Shown: positions 52,850 to 64,000 of the stretch, one piece after another
How the letters are laid out: every line of letters begins with the position of its first letter
How positions within the stretch are numbered: position 1 is the stretch's first letter
Source of the DNA: Eledone cirrhosa
Lineage: Eukaryota
NCBI GenBank assembly: GCA_964016885.1
Contig: OZ024753.1
Location: 33,108,001 to 33,172,000, forward strand
Direction of reading: 5' to 3'
DNA: 64,000 nt
The notes under the pieces: generated by a model
Seen by the model: only the letters and a program-made list of their open reading frames with translations
What the model was told of the DNA's origin: nothing
Database searches by the model: none
Made by a program: the position numbers and the translations under genes

Positions 52850-54434
52850 CAATGAGAAAGAGGAGGTGGAAAAGAAGGAAGAGGAAGGAGAGAAAGAAGA
52901 GGAAGGAGAGAAAGAAGAGGAAGGAGAGAAAGAAGAGGAAGGAGAGAAAGAAGAGGAAGGAGAGAAAGAGGAAGGAGAGAAAGAGGAAGGAGAGAAAGAG
53001 GAAGGAGAGAAAGAAGAGGAAGGAGAGAAAGAAGAGGAAGGAGAGAAAGAGAAAGGAGAGAAAGAGAAAGGAGAGAAAGAGAAAGGCGAGAAAGAGAAAG
53101 GAGAGAATGAGAAAGGAGAGAAAGAGAAAGGAGAGAAAGAGAAAGGAGAGAAAGAAGAGGAAGGAGAGAAAGAAGAGGAAGGAGAGAAAGAGGAAGGAGA
53201 GAAAGAAGAGGAAGGAGAGAAAGAAGAGGAAGGAGAGAAAGAAGAGGAAGGAGAGAAAGAAGAGGAAGGAGAGAAAGAGGAAGGAGAGAAAGAAGAGGAA
53301 GGGGAGGAAGGAGCGGAAGGAGAGGAAGGAGCGGAAGGAGAGAAAGAAGAGGAATGAGAGGAAGGAGAAGGAGAGAAAGGGGAGGAATGAGAGGAAGGAG
53401 AAGGAGAGAAAGGGGAGGAATGAGAGAAAGGAGAAGGAGAGAAAGGAGAAGGAGAGAAAGGAGAAGGAGAGAAAGGAGAAGGAGAGAAAAAGGAGAGGAA
53501 TGAGAGAAAGGAAAAGGAGAGGAATGAGAGAAAGGAGAAGGAGAGAAAAAGGAGAGGAATGAGAGGAATGAGAGAAAGGAGAAGAAGGAGAGAAAGAAGA
53601 GAAAGGAGAGAAAGAAAAGGAGAGATAGGATAGAAAGAAAAGGAGAGATAGGAGAGAAAGAAAAGGAGAGATAGGAGAGAAAGAAAAGGAGAGATAGGAG
53701 AGAAAGAAAAGGAGAGATAGGAAAGAAAGGAGAGATATGAGAGAAAGAAAAGATATGAGAGAAAGAAAAGGAGAGATATGAGAGAAAGAAAAGGAGAGAT
53801 ATGAGAGAAAGAAAAGGAGAGATAGGAGAGAAAGAAAAGGAGAGATAGGAGAGAAAGAAAAGGAGAGATAGGAAAGAAAGGAGAGATATGAGAGAAAGAA
53901 AAGGAGAGATATGAGAGAAAGAAAAGGAGAGATATGAGAGAAAGAAAAGGAGAGATAGGAGAGAAAGAAAAGGAGAGATAGGAGAGAAAGAAAAGGAGAG
54001 ATAGGAGAGAAAGAAAAGGAGAGATAGGAGAGAAAGGAGAGATAGGAGAGAAAGAAAAGGAGAGAAAGGAGAGAAAGAAGAGAAAGAAAAGAAGAGAAAG
54101 GAGAGAAAAGAGAGAAAGAAGAGAAAGAAAGAAAAGAAGAGAAAGAAAGAAAAGAAGAGAAAGAAAGAAAAGAAGAGAAAGAAAGAAAAGAAGAGAAAGG
54201 AGAGAAAGGAGAGAAAGGAGAGAAAGAAAAGAAAGAGGAAGGAGAGAAAGAAGAGGAAGGAGAGAAAGAAGAGGAAGGAGAGAAAGAAGAGGAAGGAGAG
54301 AAAGGAGAGAAAGGAGAGAAAGGAGATAAAGGAGAGAAAGGAGAGGAAGGAGAGGAAGGAGAGAAAGAAGAGGAAGGAGAGAAAGAAGAGGAAGGAGAGA
54401 AAGAAGAGGAAGGAGAGAAAGAAGAGGAAGGAGA
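52850..54434. repeat. ~1.6-kb polypurine minisatellite
   Basis: Units of 9, 15, 18 and 23 nt built on GGAGAGAAA. Confidence 0.95.
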
Positions 54435-54654
54435 CGTGTCTATATTTAATAAAGAAACAAGTTTAAGGTTTGATTATAATTTTAGCATTTATTAAAAGAG
54501 CTTTAGTGATAACACACACGTGCGTGCGTGCATGCGTGCGTGCGTGTGGCACACAGTCAGGATATTACACAGCTCTATACCCATCCAACATCTCTCACAT
54601 TAGTCGTCTCCTCAGTCTCAGCACAGTGGACGCTATGTGTATAAATATATATAT

Positions 54655-54705
54655 AAGCTCCGATGACACCAGACAATTATCTGGAAGAAACGATCGTCAG
54701 ACATT
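54655..54705 (+). ncRNA. Minimal hammerhead-like motif (family F) with one core substitution
   Basis: CCGATGA-ca-CCAGA-caatta-TCTGG-aa-GAAAC-GATC-GTC; palindromic stem III ACGATCGT. Confidence 0.55.
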
Positions 54706-54769
54706 AAATGTATTAAGCAAAAATTTGATTGTTTTATATTTTGTGTGTGTATATATAAATATATATAAA

Positions 54770-54792
54770 GGGAGAGAAAAAGAGAGAAAGAA

Positions 54793-54831
<39 letters not shown>

Positions 54832-54839
54832 AAGAAAGA

Positions 54840-54894
<55 letters not shown>

Positions 54895-54932
54895 GAAGAG
54901 AGAGAGAAAGAGATAGAGAGAGAGAAAGAGAG

Positions 54933-54963
<31 letters not shown>

Positions 54964-55041
54964 GAAAGAGATAGAGAGAGAGAGAGAGAAAGAGATAGAG
55001 ATAGAGAGAGAGAAAGAGAGAGAAAGAAAGAGAGAGAGAAG

Positions 55042-55078
<37 letters not shown>

Positions 55079-55086
55079 AGAGGGAG
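54770..55086. repeat. (GA)n / (GAGAGAGAGAAA)n microsatellite
   Basis: Direct reading. Confidence 0.95.
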
Positions 55087-56202
55087 AATGGTGACATTAA
55101 TATAAGATAGGATAGTTTTGCAACCATGTTTGTAATGTAGCTTAAAATCTGCTGGAATGTATTTTATTATGTATGCAACTATATCATCATTTTTATGTCT
55201 GCTTTCAATGTTGCTATGGCTTGGTCAGGTCATCACAGCAACCTTCATCCGATTTGAATTTCTACTGATTTTTGAATGAAAGTTTGCTTTTTTTTACTCT
55301 TCTACACAACATCAACTCTATTCTAATTAAAAGTCAAAATATATTTCATGATGGAAGAATGATATTGATTTACAACAACCTATTTGATGTTGTCATTTAT
55401 TTTCTTTAAAATTTAAGTACAATACTTATATTTGCTGAAGCCAAAAACCCATGTGGACACCTACACAGGTATTCACATATATTATTATAGATGTACACAT
55501 ATCAACTCACACTTATACATTTGCACCAACTCGTATTCCCTTTTCAGATACATATACTCAGATATTGACAGATTTGTGTGTATATTTTTATAGACACGGG
55601 TTCGTGTACGTTTGTGTATGTATGTGCATGTATATGTGTACATGTGTGCATGTACATGTGTGCATGTATATGTGGGGAGGGGGGGTGCAATCATACACAT
55701 GTTTTCATCGAAGTAAAAATGAAAATTCCATTTTAGCAAAAAATATAGTATACTTAATTTTATTGCTAACTGATTCACAAGGACATTAAATACACTGTGT
55801 TACTATAGTAACAGTTGTCACAACAACGACCTTTCAATAATTACTTATAGATATACTTAAACTTACTTTAGTATCCATAAGACACTAAACCAAACTATAA
55901 TTCCTGGCAGGCCACCGCTATGATTTCCCTTGACAACATAAACATTCAATGTATTGGTTTTCTTTAGGCTAAAACATATTTAACTGTATTTTACTGTTGT
56001 TAAGTTTCATTGTCAATACACACCATCATAATATAAACAAATAAGATACTAGGTGCCAGTTGATATTATTTCCTCATGGAAATTCAAAGTAACATGACCA
56101 GAGGTAAAATACAAATGAAAATGTTATTTCAGTCCCGAAAATGTCCATTGTATACCACTCAGTCTTTATTATTACAAGACGGCTCTTTTTACTAACTTTT
56201 GG

Positions 56203-56566
56203 TTGGGAGACGAGGATGGACATGGCGCAATAAAGAGAGAAACGTATCAGAAGCTGGTGAATGACTGCTACAGGAATAGGTGGAAGACCAGATATATAAC
56301 AGTGGAGGCTGGAGGTCAAAGATTTGTAGGTTGTTCCCTCAATAAAGCCTTTAGAACACTAGGTATTATGGAAGTGAGCAGAGGGAAGGGAGATCAAAAT
56401 CAATGTGGAAGCAGCAGAAAGGGTATCCAGATGGCTGTGGTCAAAGAAATGTGACCAATAGGGGTCAGTAGAAAGGCTTGATCACCCTTAGTTGTGTCAC
56501 CTAAAAGGCAGTGTATGTTACAAGATTCGAAATACCCCAGAATATAACACTGATGATATATCCAAG
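56203..56566 (+). mobile_element. HERO-like RLE non-LTR retrotransposon, 3' fragment
   Basis: WETRMDMA/KRETYQKLVNDC..RW....VEAG..FVG.SL..AFRTLGI/EAAERVSRWLW; 3'UTR GCTTGATCACCC..CACTGATGATATATCCAAG as I recall from HERO elements. Confidence 0.8.
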
Positions 56567-57149
56567 TATTTGTATCTGTGGATGTATGATGAATTCATGT
56601 ATATAAAATATTACATGACAAAAAAAATAATTGCATTTCTTTTTTCATGAAAATTTCATTACTAACAACTTTATCATAAGAACAACAAATGAAACACTAG
56701 ATGATAAGTGTTGCTACTTTTTTTTTTTTCTTCATCCATCAATGGCCCCTGAACTGATAGAATTATAGAGGCAGCACCATGACATATAGTGAATCATGGA
56801 CATTTTAAATTGACAGAACCCAGGTGTGGGCATAACCAATATGGAGGAGAGAGAGAAAGAGAGCAGTGAAGTGGAAGAGAAGAATGAACCTAAATTAGGT
56901 TTCACTGACCCTCTAGAAAGCTTGAGATAATGGAGTACAGCTCATATATGTAGGTCTTTATTTCATTTATTTTGGATTGATAATTGATTTTGTTAACCTT
57001 GAAAAAGTGAACTGCTAAGTTGACCTTGGTGGGATTTGAACTCAGAGCACAGAGAACTGGAATAATTACTACAAAACATTCTAACTGACTTTCTAATGAC
57101 TGCCCATTTGCCACCATATTTTCTTCATATTATAGTCCAGACATTAAAA

Positions 57150-57247
57150 GTTAACTTTGCCTTTCATCCTTACGGGGTCGATAAAATAAAGTACCAGCAA
57201 TATACTGGAATAATTGCTGGCCTTGTGCCAAAAGTAGAAACAATTAT
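57150..57247 (+). mobile_element. 5'-truncated SINE S1 with 22-bp TSD
   Basis: ATTATAGTC(C/T)AGACATTAAAAG at 57129-57150 and 57243-57264. Confidence 0.9.
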
Positions 57248-57404
57248 AGTCTAGACATTAAAAGCAACAACAACATGTTGGTAAACGTTTGAACCATTGC
57301 GAATAGTCTCATAAATGCCTCTGTATTCATATACAATGGATGATAAACAGTAATTTGCATAAGAAACACGTTTATTTGTATAATAATCAGTTCTTTGAAC
57401 ACTA

Positions 57405-58718
57405 TTTCTGTGTGCATGTGTCTATGTGTGTGTGCTATATGTAATATATGCAAACAGCATTTATATTTATGTTAAGCATCACAAAAGGCTTTGTATAATT
57501 TTGATATATAACACAAACTGTTGTAATGATATTCCATATATACACTTTTATTTGCTAATTTGGTGTCTATGAAAGATATTTTGATATTAATTGCTAATTA
57601 TGGTAATACTCATTTATTCATGAGACATAAATTGTTAATTAATGATCACATAGTTGCAATTAAACACTGGTGCTACAATATATTAATCATATATATTACA
57701 CATATACATATATGCATGTAAATATACATATATATATATATACACAAACTCATACACAGTATATTCTAATAATATATTGTCATTAGGATGTTGAACGAAA
57801 TGGCATAAATGTAAATAAAAAATTAAAATTAAAAAATCTACAATGAAAATACCAAATAAAAATGAACCCAGAGAAATATTAAAAACATAGGAAATTTGAA
57901 ACTAGTTAATTTACAGAAGTAATTAATAGCAAACTAGGAATTAATTCTTCTATATTTGTTATCTCATTAGTAAAGAGAATGGACATTTACATTAAGGACA
58001 ATTTATCAAATACTATTAATATTCAATGAGAATTGAAGTTGAAGAGGATATTGTTGTCAATGATATCATCTATTGTATAAAAATGGTAAATAGTTATGGC
58101 AGCAACTACAACAAATATCCATATAAATAACAACTACACAACAGTCAAAAACAATGACTACTACAATTCTTTATAAAGGCTTCTAATGGGTTCATATATG
58201 CCTTTATTCTGAATCACACTGTGTCAGTGTTATCACTAATTCTTTTGCTCTATGGTGATATATTATATATGCATGTAAATATACATATAGATATATATTA
58301 TACATATAGATATATATTATATATGCATGTAAATATACATATAGATATATATTATATATGCATGTAAATATAGATATAGATATATATTATACATAGATAT
58401 ATATTATATATGCATGTAAATATACATATAGATATATATTATTTCTTTTCTGTGTGCATGTGTCTATGTGTGTGTGCTATATGTAATATATGCAAACAGC
58501 ATTTATATTTATGTTAAGCATCACAAAAGGCTTTGTATAATTTTGATATATAACACAAACTGTTGTAATGATATTCCATATATACACTTTTATTTGCTAA
58601 TTCTTTATAAAGGTTTCTAATGGGTTCATATATGCCTTTATTCTGAATCACACTGTGTCAGTGTTATCACTAATTAATTACTATCATTTATTCTTTTGCT
58701 CAATGGTGATATATTATA
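57405..58718. repeat. Local duplication in which the second copy lacks ~600 bp
   Basis: 57405-57560 = 58447-58602 and 58165-58268 ~ 58599-58718. Confidence 0.9.
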
Positions 58719-58849
58719 GAAAATAATGGTAATTTCCTTATTTGTTAATGTAATGGTTGGTACAATGTATAAAGTGGGAAAAAAGAATATGTTAACCAAT
58801 TAAACTTACTGATCCTAGCTACTCCTGATGAAATTCAAATACACAGGAG

Positions 58850-59402
58850 AGGGCAGGATACAGATGAGGTAGGGGAGATGGAGGAGGGGGAGATGAAGAG
58901 AGTAAGAGGAGGATGAAGAAGAAAGAGGAGGATGAAGAAGAAAGAGAAGGATGAAGGAAGATGAGGAGGATGAAGGAAGATGAGGAGGATGAAGGAAGAT
59001 GAGGAGGCTGAAGGAAGATGAGGAGGGGGGAGATGAAGAGAGTGAGAGGAGGAGATGAAGGGGAGGGTAAAGATGAGGAGAGGAGGGTGGGGAGGGTAAA
59101 GATGAGAGGAGGGTGGGGAGGGTAAAGATGAGAGGAGGGTGGGGAGGGTTAGGAGGAGAAGAGGAGGGTGAGGAGGAGGAGAGGAGTGGGGGAGAGGGGG
59201 TATGGGGAGGAGAGGAGGGTGAGGAGTGGAAGGGGGAAGAGGAGGGGGAGAACGGGAGGAGGAGAAGAGGAGGAGATAAGGAGGAGAGAAGGAGGAGGAG
59301 GAGGAGGAGAAGATGGAGGGTGAGGAGGAGGAGAAATGGATAGTGGAGATAAGGAGATAAAGTTGAAGGAGGAAGAAGGTGATAAAGAGGGAGAGGAGGA
59401 GT
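58850..59402. repeat. G-rich polypurine low-complexity tract
   Basis: GAG/GGA/GAA repeats. Confidence 0.9.
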
Positions 59403-59849
59403 CCCTGCTGGTTACCCACAATACTGTTTAACAATACACTCCTTAAACCTTTCATAACTTCAACTTATAATCATTAATTAATTATTACAATTAATTACAA
59501 TTATTACAATAAAGTATTTTATTCATAAGCCCACGAACCAATTCATACTTCATAAGACATATTCTGCTGACCAAAAGCCTGGGAACTAACTCACCCCAAA
59601 CAATCACTGTTAATGTTATGAGATATGGTATAATACAGTTTACTATAGAGGGGAAAAGTGGATAAGTTCATTGCTAACCTGTGGTTAACCTATCAAACCC
59701 TTATTTCTACTTTAAATAGAGTTCGTGTTTTGATTCATTTTAGAAATAACTAATTTTTATACATGTATTTCTATATTAAGTGGGAGTTTGGAATATAATT
59801 TGAAAAAGGCATCTTATATGTATTATTTTCAGATAAGCTAAATGAATAG

Positions 59850-60050
59850 TTTAGCATTTAAACTAGGTGAATCCAGCCAGAATTCTCTCACCTCTTTCTG
59901 TTCAAACCGGCTGTAACTCACTATTCATACTGATATTAAGGTATTGTTATCTAAATAAATAAAATCTAATAGATTCGATATTATGTGGGATAATTATGAG
60001 AGAGAAAGCCTTTACCATAAAAATACAGTAGTAAATATAGAATAATGCAT
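59850..60050. mobile_element. piggyBac-type MITE P1, reverse orientation
   Basis: Reverse complement of the body of 265-478 and 36689-36914. Confidence 0.75.
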
Positions 60051-61065
60051 AATACCAAACCATGTGAGACTACTTCTGATTTCAAACAATGTTAAAGTGT
60101 TCATATTTATATTAAGACCTCATTAAAACCCTTCTGTAGTTAAATCCTATTCCAAACGAACATATTTATCAAAATTTTAGTTATTCCATTAAATTTCACA
60201 AATTCTGGATTATTTTTCAAAGTTAACTGAGAAATATAAGTAGTGCATGGGTGGCTGACTTAACCTGTTATCTGGTTTAGGAACACCACCTGGCCCTTGG
60301 GTGCCTTTAGCAGAGTCCATTCTGTGGCAAGCATTTCAGCCAAGTCATGGTTTGAGTCTAACTTCCTCCTATCCTTCACACAATTCTTTGTGACCCAAAA
60401 AGGGTCATGGACACTATACAATCCTTCTTGACTAAACAGCAAAATAAATGTATTTCACAGAAATATAATCACAAAAGGGTTAATAGTAAACCAGGAATAG
60501 AGGATGGAATGAAATATTTGACATTAAATTATATAGAGATAAAGGAGATAAATTCCAATCACAGCTTATTCTATAACTGAAGTCCCTCTGAAAAACTGCC
60601 TAAAATGTTTTTGTGACATGTTACACTGCCCTGCACTTATTCAATGCTAAAAACAAAGCTTTTATCTCGAGGATAAAAGGAAAAATATATCGTATATAAC
60701 ATATGTCATATTTCCTATTGTATGCTATATATATATGTGTGTGTATATCTGTGTGTGTGGTTGTCTTTATATATATACTGTATATATTTGATGTTGCAAG
60801 GTTATTGATAAATGTGATATATTTAACTCTAAGAATTGTTTTGCCTATTAGCTTTCTTGCTTTCAGAGAAATATTCATAAAAAAGAAACAAAAACAAAAA
60901 CAAACAAAAAAATACATCAATGAATGCGGATATGAGATGTTTGTTGTTTGCTACAAAATGAATACTTAAGTGTGTGTGTGTGTAGACAGAGAGAGAGAGA
61001 GAGATTGATATATGTATATAGGCACATATAAATGTGTATATACCTAAACATATGTATATACATAG

Positions 61066-61101
<36 letters not shown>

Positions 61102-61600
61102 ATTTTACATCCCTTTTCCATGCTTCTGTTTTTCAAAAGAAAAGCACTCATACACATACACACATTATACACACACACACACACACGTGCGCATGTGCGC
61201 GTGTGTGTATGTATGTGTGTACAACCAAAAAATTATATAAAACAAGTATGCTATGGATAGCATGTATAACATATTTAAAGAATGCAATTATTGTCATACC
61301 ATGACAAAATTTCACTAAAAGCACATACTTGCATAATATAGATTTTGTCTCTCTCACTCTCTCTCTCTCTGTGTGTGTGTGTAGATAGATAGATAAATAG
61401 ATAGATATAAGATATCGAGATCTTTCTTATCTCTTCACTATTATTGCATGAATAAAAGGATTTTATAATAATAATAATAAGCAGAACAATGACTATGGCA
61501 ATTATGAGGAGGAGAAGGAAGAGGAAAAATGGGTTAATGTAGATGATGGTGAGGCTAACAGTATGGTGATTGTGGTGATGATGATGATGTTGAGGGTGCT

Positions 61601-62198
61601 AATAATAATTGTTTCTACTTTTGGCACAAGGCCAGCAATTATCCCAGTGTACCACTGGTACTTTGTTTTATCGACCCCGTAAGGATGAAAAGCAAAGTTA
61701 ACCTAGGCGGGATTTGAACTCAGACCATAAAGGGCCGTAACTCTTTGCTGCAAAGCATGGTGTCCGACCCTCTACCAATACTGCCAAATAATAATGGTTT
61801 CTTATTTAGGCACAAGGCCAGCAATTTGGGGGGGGAGGGAAAAGTCGATGAAATTGACCCCAGTGCGTGACTGGTACTTTATTTTATCGACCCCGTAAGG
61901 ATGAAAGACAAAGTTAACCTAGGCGCGATTTGAACTCAGACCATAAAGGACCGTAACTCTTTGCTGCAAAGCATGGTGTCCGACCCTCTACCGATACTGC
62001 CAAATAATAATTGTTTCTACGTTTGGCACAAAGCCAGAAATTACCCACAGCATTACTGGTACTTTATTTTATCGACTCCGTAAGGATGAAAGGCAAAGTT
62101 AACCTCGGTGGGATTTGAACTCAGAATGGTAAGGGCCGTAACTCTATGCATCAAAGCATGGCGTCCGACCCTCTACCGATACTGCCAATCCACTGCCA
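61601..62198 (-). mobile_element. Head-to-tail trimer of SINE S1
   Basis: Units ~61601-61786, 61787-62002 and 62003-62198 joined at GCCAAATAATAAT. Confidence 0.92.
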
Positions 62199-62573
62199 AA
62201 TAATAATACCACTAAATCTGTAGAGAACTATCACACAGAATATCAATTTAGTCAAAAATTATTCTCTTAAAACATTTATGTGGACAGAAGCAGGTAAGAG
62301 AATATTATGAGATACAGCAAGAACTTACTGGAATTTATTTTTTTCTTGCATGTTTAAAAGGTTTAAAACCTGTAGATTTAATAGTTTGTAAAAATATTTG
62401 CATCTGCTAAAGTAATTTCTAAATGGAGCTGCACCTGTCTTGATATATTGGAATGGGAGTCTTTTCAATTACATAGAATTTAATTAAAAAATGCTGGATG
62501 AGTATGCTCCACACTGATGGCTGTATAGTGCTTATATAAACCGCGCGTGCGCGCGTGCGTGTGTGCGTGTGCG

Positions 62574-62604
<31 letters not shown>

Positions 62605-62809
62605 ACACACACACACACACATGTGAGTATCATCATCATAATTTTCTGTCTGTTTTCAATGCTGGCTTTTGCTACACAAGTCATCATGTTTCAAGACTAG
62701 ATTGGTCTGAGGAACATATATTGTTCATGTTCCATATTTTGTCCTTTCAAATGCCAATAATTTTACAGAGAATACAGAATGCATTTTATCATTGCAACAG
62801 CATGATCTT

Positions 62810-63080
62810 TGTCACTTTCATAATCTGCTCTCTCAGTTTGATACCACTGACTTTATTTACATCTTTCTCGAGCACCTCCCTTCCTTTGTATATAGTTAGT
62901 ACACTATTCCAGTCATGGATAATGGCATTTCCCTCTAATATGTGTGATTAGCCTGACACCTACTTTGGAGGATATTTTCAACATTTTAACAACAATCTCT
63001 GGTGGTCCATCTGCTTCTCCTGCTTTCATATCCATTTTAAAGCTGTCAATTTCAATAGTGAATTCCAATGTTGGGTCTAC
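62810..63080 (-). mobile_element. Decayed RTE reverse-transcriptase N-terminal fragment
   Basis: MKAGEADGPPEIVVKMLK..W..V.TIYKGR..GIKLREQIMKV resembles MK.GKA.GP..I..EMLK..IYKGKG..GIKL...MK. Confidence 0.7.
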
Positions 63081-63928
63081 TTGGTGTACTCCTCTTTCCA
63101 ATGTAACATTATTTCAATGCCAACTTCTTTTTAGTGTCAGTGAAGGCATTTAATATTAAATACATGCAACTAATAAACGTATATTTGGACACACTATGCA
63201 AATAGATCCTATGATTTAAATGACATGGCTATTTCTGCAGAACAGGTTGTAGGAAAACTTGACTTGTTGCATCTGTCTACACACGATCATCAGCAGTATT
63301 TACTTCATCTGTTCAACAGAGAGAGAGAGTAGTTTACAACTACTTATAAAAAGTACAATGAACAACCAATACTACTTTTGACTATTTGCATATTTATATG
63401 GTCATTGTTATTGTGGATTAATTACTTAAACTACCAAGACAGCAATTAATTTCTTTTAGGTTTCGAGTTGTGCTGATATTGAAGAGACTCCAACAGTTAC
63501 TTAACACCAACATGGAAATAAGTTTATCCACTCCTAAACTAACCCATCATTTCTATAGCCAGAAGCTGTCAACTTCTAAACAGACTATCAAATTTAATTG
63601 GAAACTGGCAATCATAAATATCTGTGAAGCTGGACTTTCTCTTACATATACTGCTAGAAATGCAAGGAATATACACCAAGATTCATTCTATCCTAAGATT
63701 ATATATCTATATATATATATATATATTTAGAGCAGGTAAAATTCCTGAGATTATATATCTATACAGAATGCAAATATATTCTAACCACATTAAAATCTGT
63801 AAATAAATTTAGTGGCATTTATTTAAGAAATATATACATAACAGCGTAAATAGAACACACGTTTAAAACAGATCTCTCTGGAAAAGACTTGTTTTGATGA
63901 ATAAATACACACACACACACATATATAG

Positions 63929-63960
<32 letters not shown>

Positions 63961-63964
63961 ATAC

Positions 63965-64000
63965 ATGGAGGCATATGGCTTAGTGGTTAGAGCATTGGCC
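63965..64000 (+). mobile_element. 5' head of SINE S2, cut by the window end
   Basis: ATGGAGGCATATGGCTTAGTGGTTAGAGCATTGGCC. Confidence 0.85.

Noticed and set aside
52786-53562. 258-aa R/K/E-rich ORF and the overlapping 163-aa E/G/K ORF
   Set aside because: Translation of a polypurine minisatellite, which cannot contain stop codons
58835-59455. Pro/Ser/Leu-rich 206-aa ORF
   Set aside because: Antisense of a low-complexity purine tract
60240-60432. GC-richer insert inside an old MITE, possibly an RTE 3' fragment
   Set aside because: Peptide similarity too weak to call
61601-62198. CRISPR-like repeat array
   Set aside because: Units are ~190-215-bp SINE copies with no unique spacers; eukaryotic context and no cas genes

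Overview
AT-rich, microsatellite-dense eukaryotic non-coding DNA. The SINE and repeat content suggests a cephalopod (Octopus-like) genome; this is inferred, not proven. I could not support any host protein-coding exon, and almost all listed ORFs are microsatellite or repeat artefacts. The window is a patchwork of mobile elements: (i) two tRNA-derived SINE families, one sharing its 3' tail with an RTE LINE present in the window; (ii) 5'-truncated or decayed RTE, R4/Dong-like and HERO-like non-LTR fragments; (iii) Tc1/mariner, piggyBac-type and hAT-type MITEs or remnants; (iv) a Penelope-like (Neptune-type) retroelement at 48.46-50.93 kb with ~800-bp inverted arms. The most striking signal is about a dozen short elements from at least six sequence families. 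They carry complete or partial type-I hammerhead-ribozyme motifs, most lie next to (TA)n tracts, and many are folded back on themselves with the inversion point inside the ribozyme's stem II. Also notable are a probable SINE-LINE template-switch chimera, SINE target duplications that all start with ATTAT, an unclassified hairpin-rich 300-bp repeat, and two adjacent filled/empty-site duplications. Family assignments come from remembered motifs, not database searches, and coordinates were counted by eye (about +/-10 nt).
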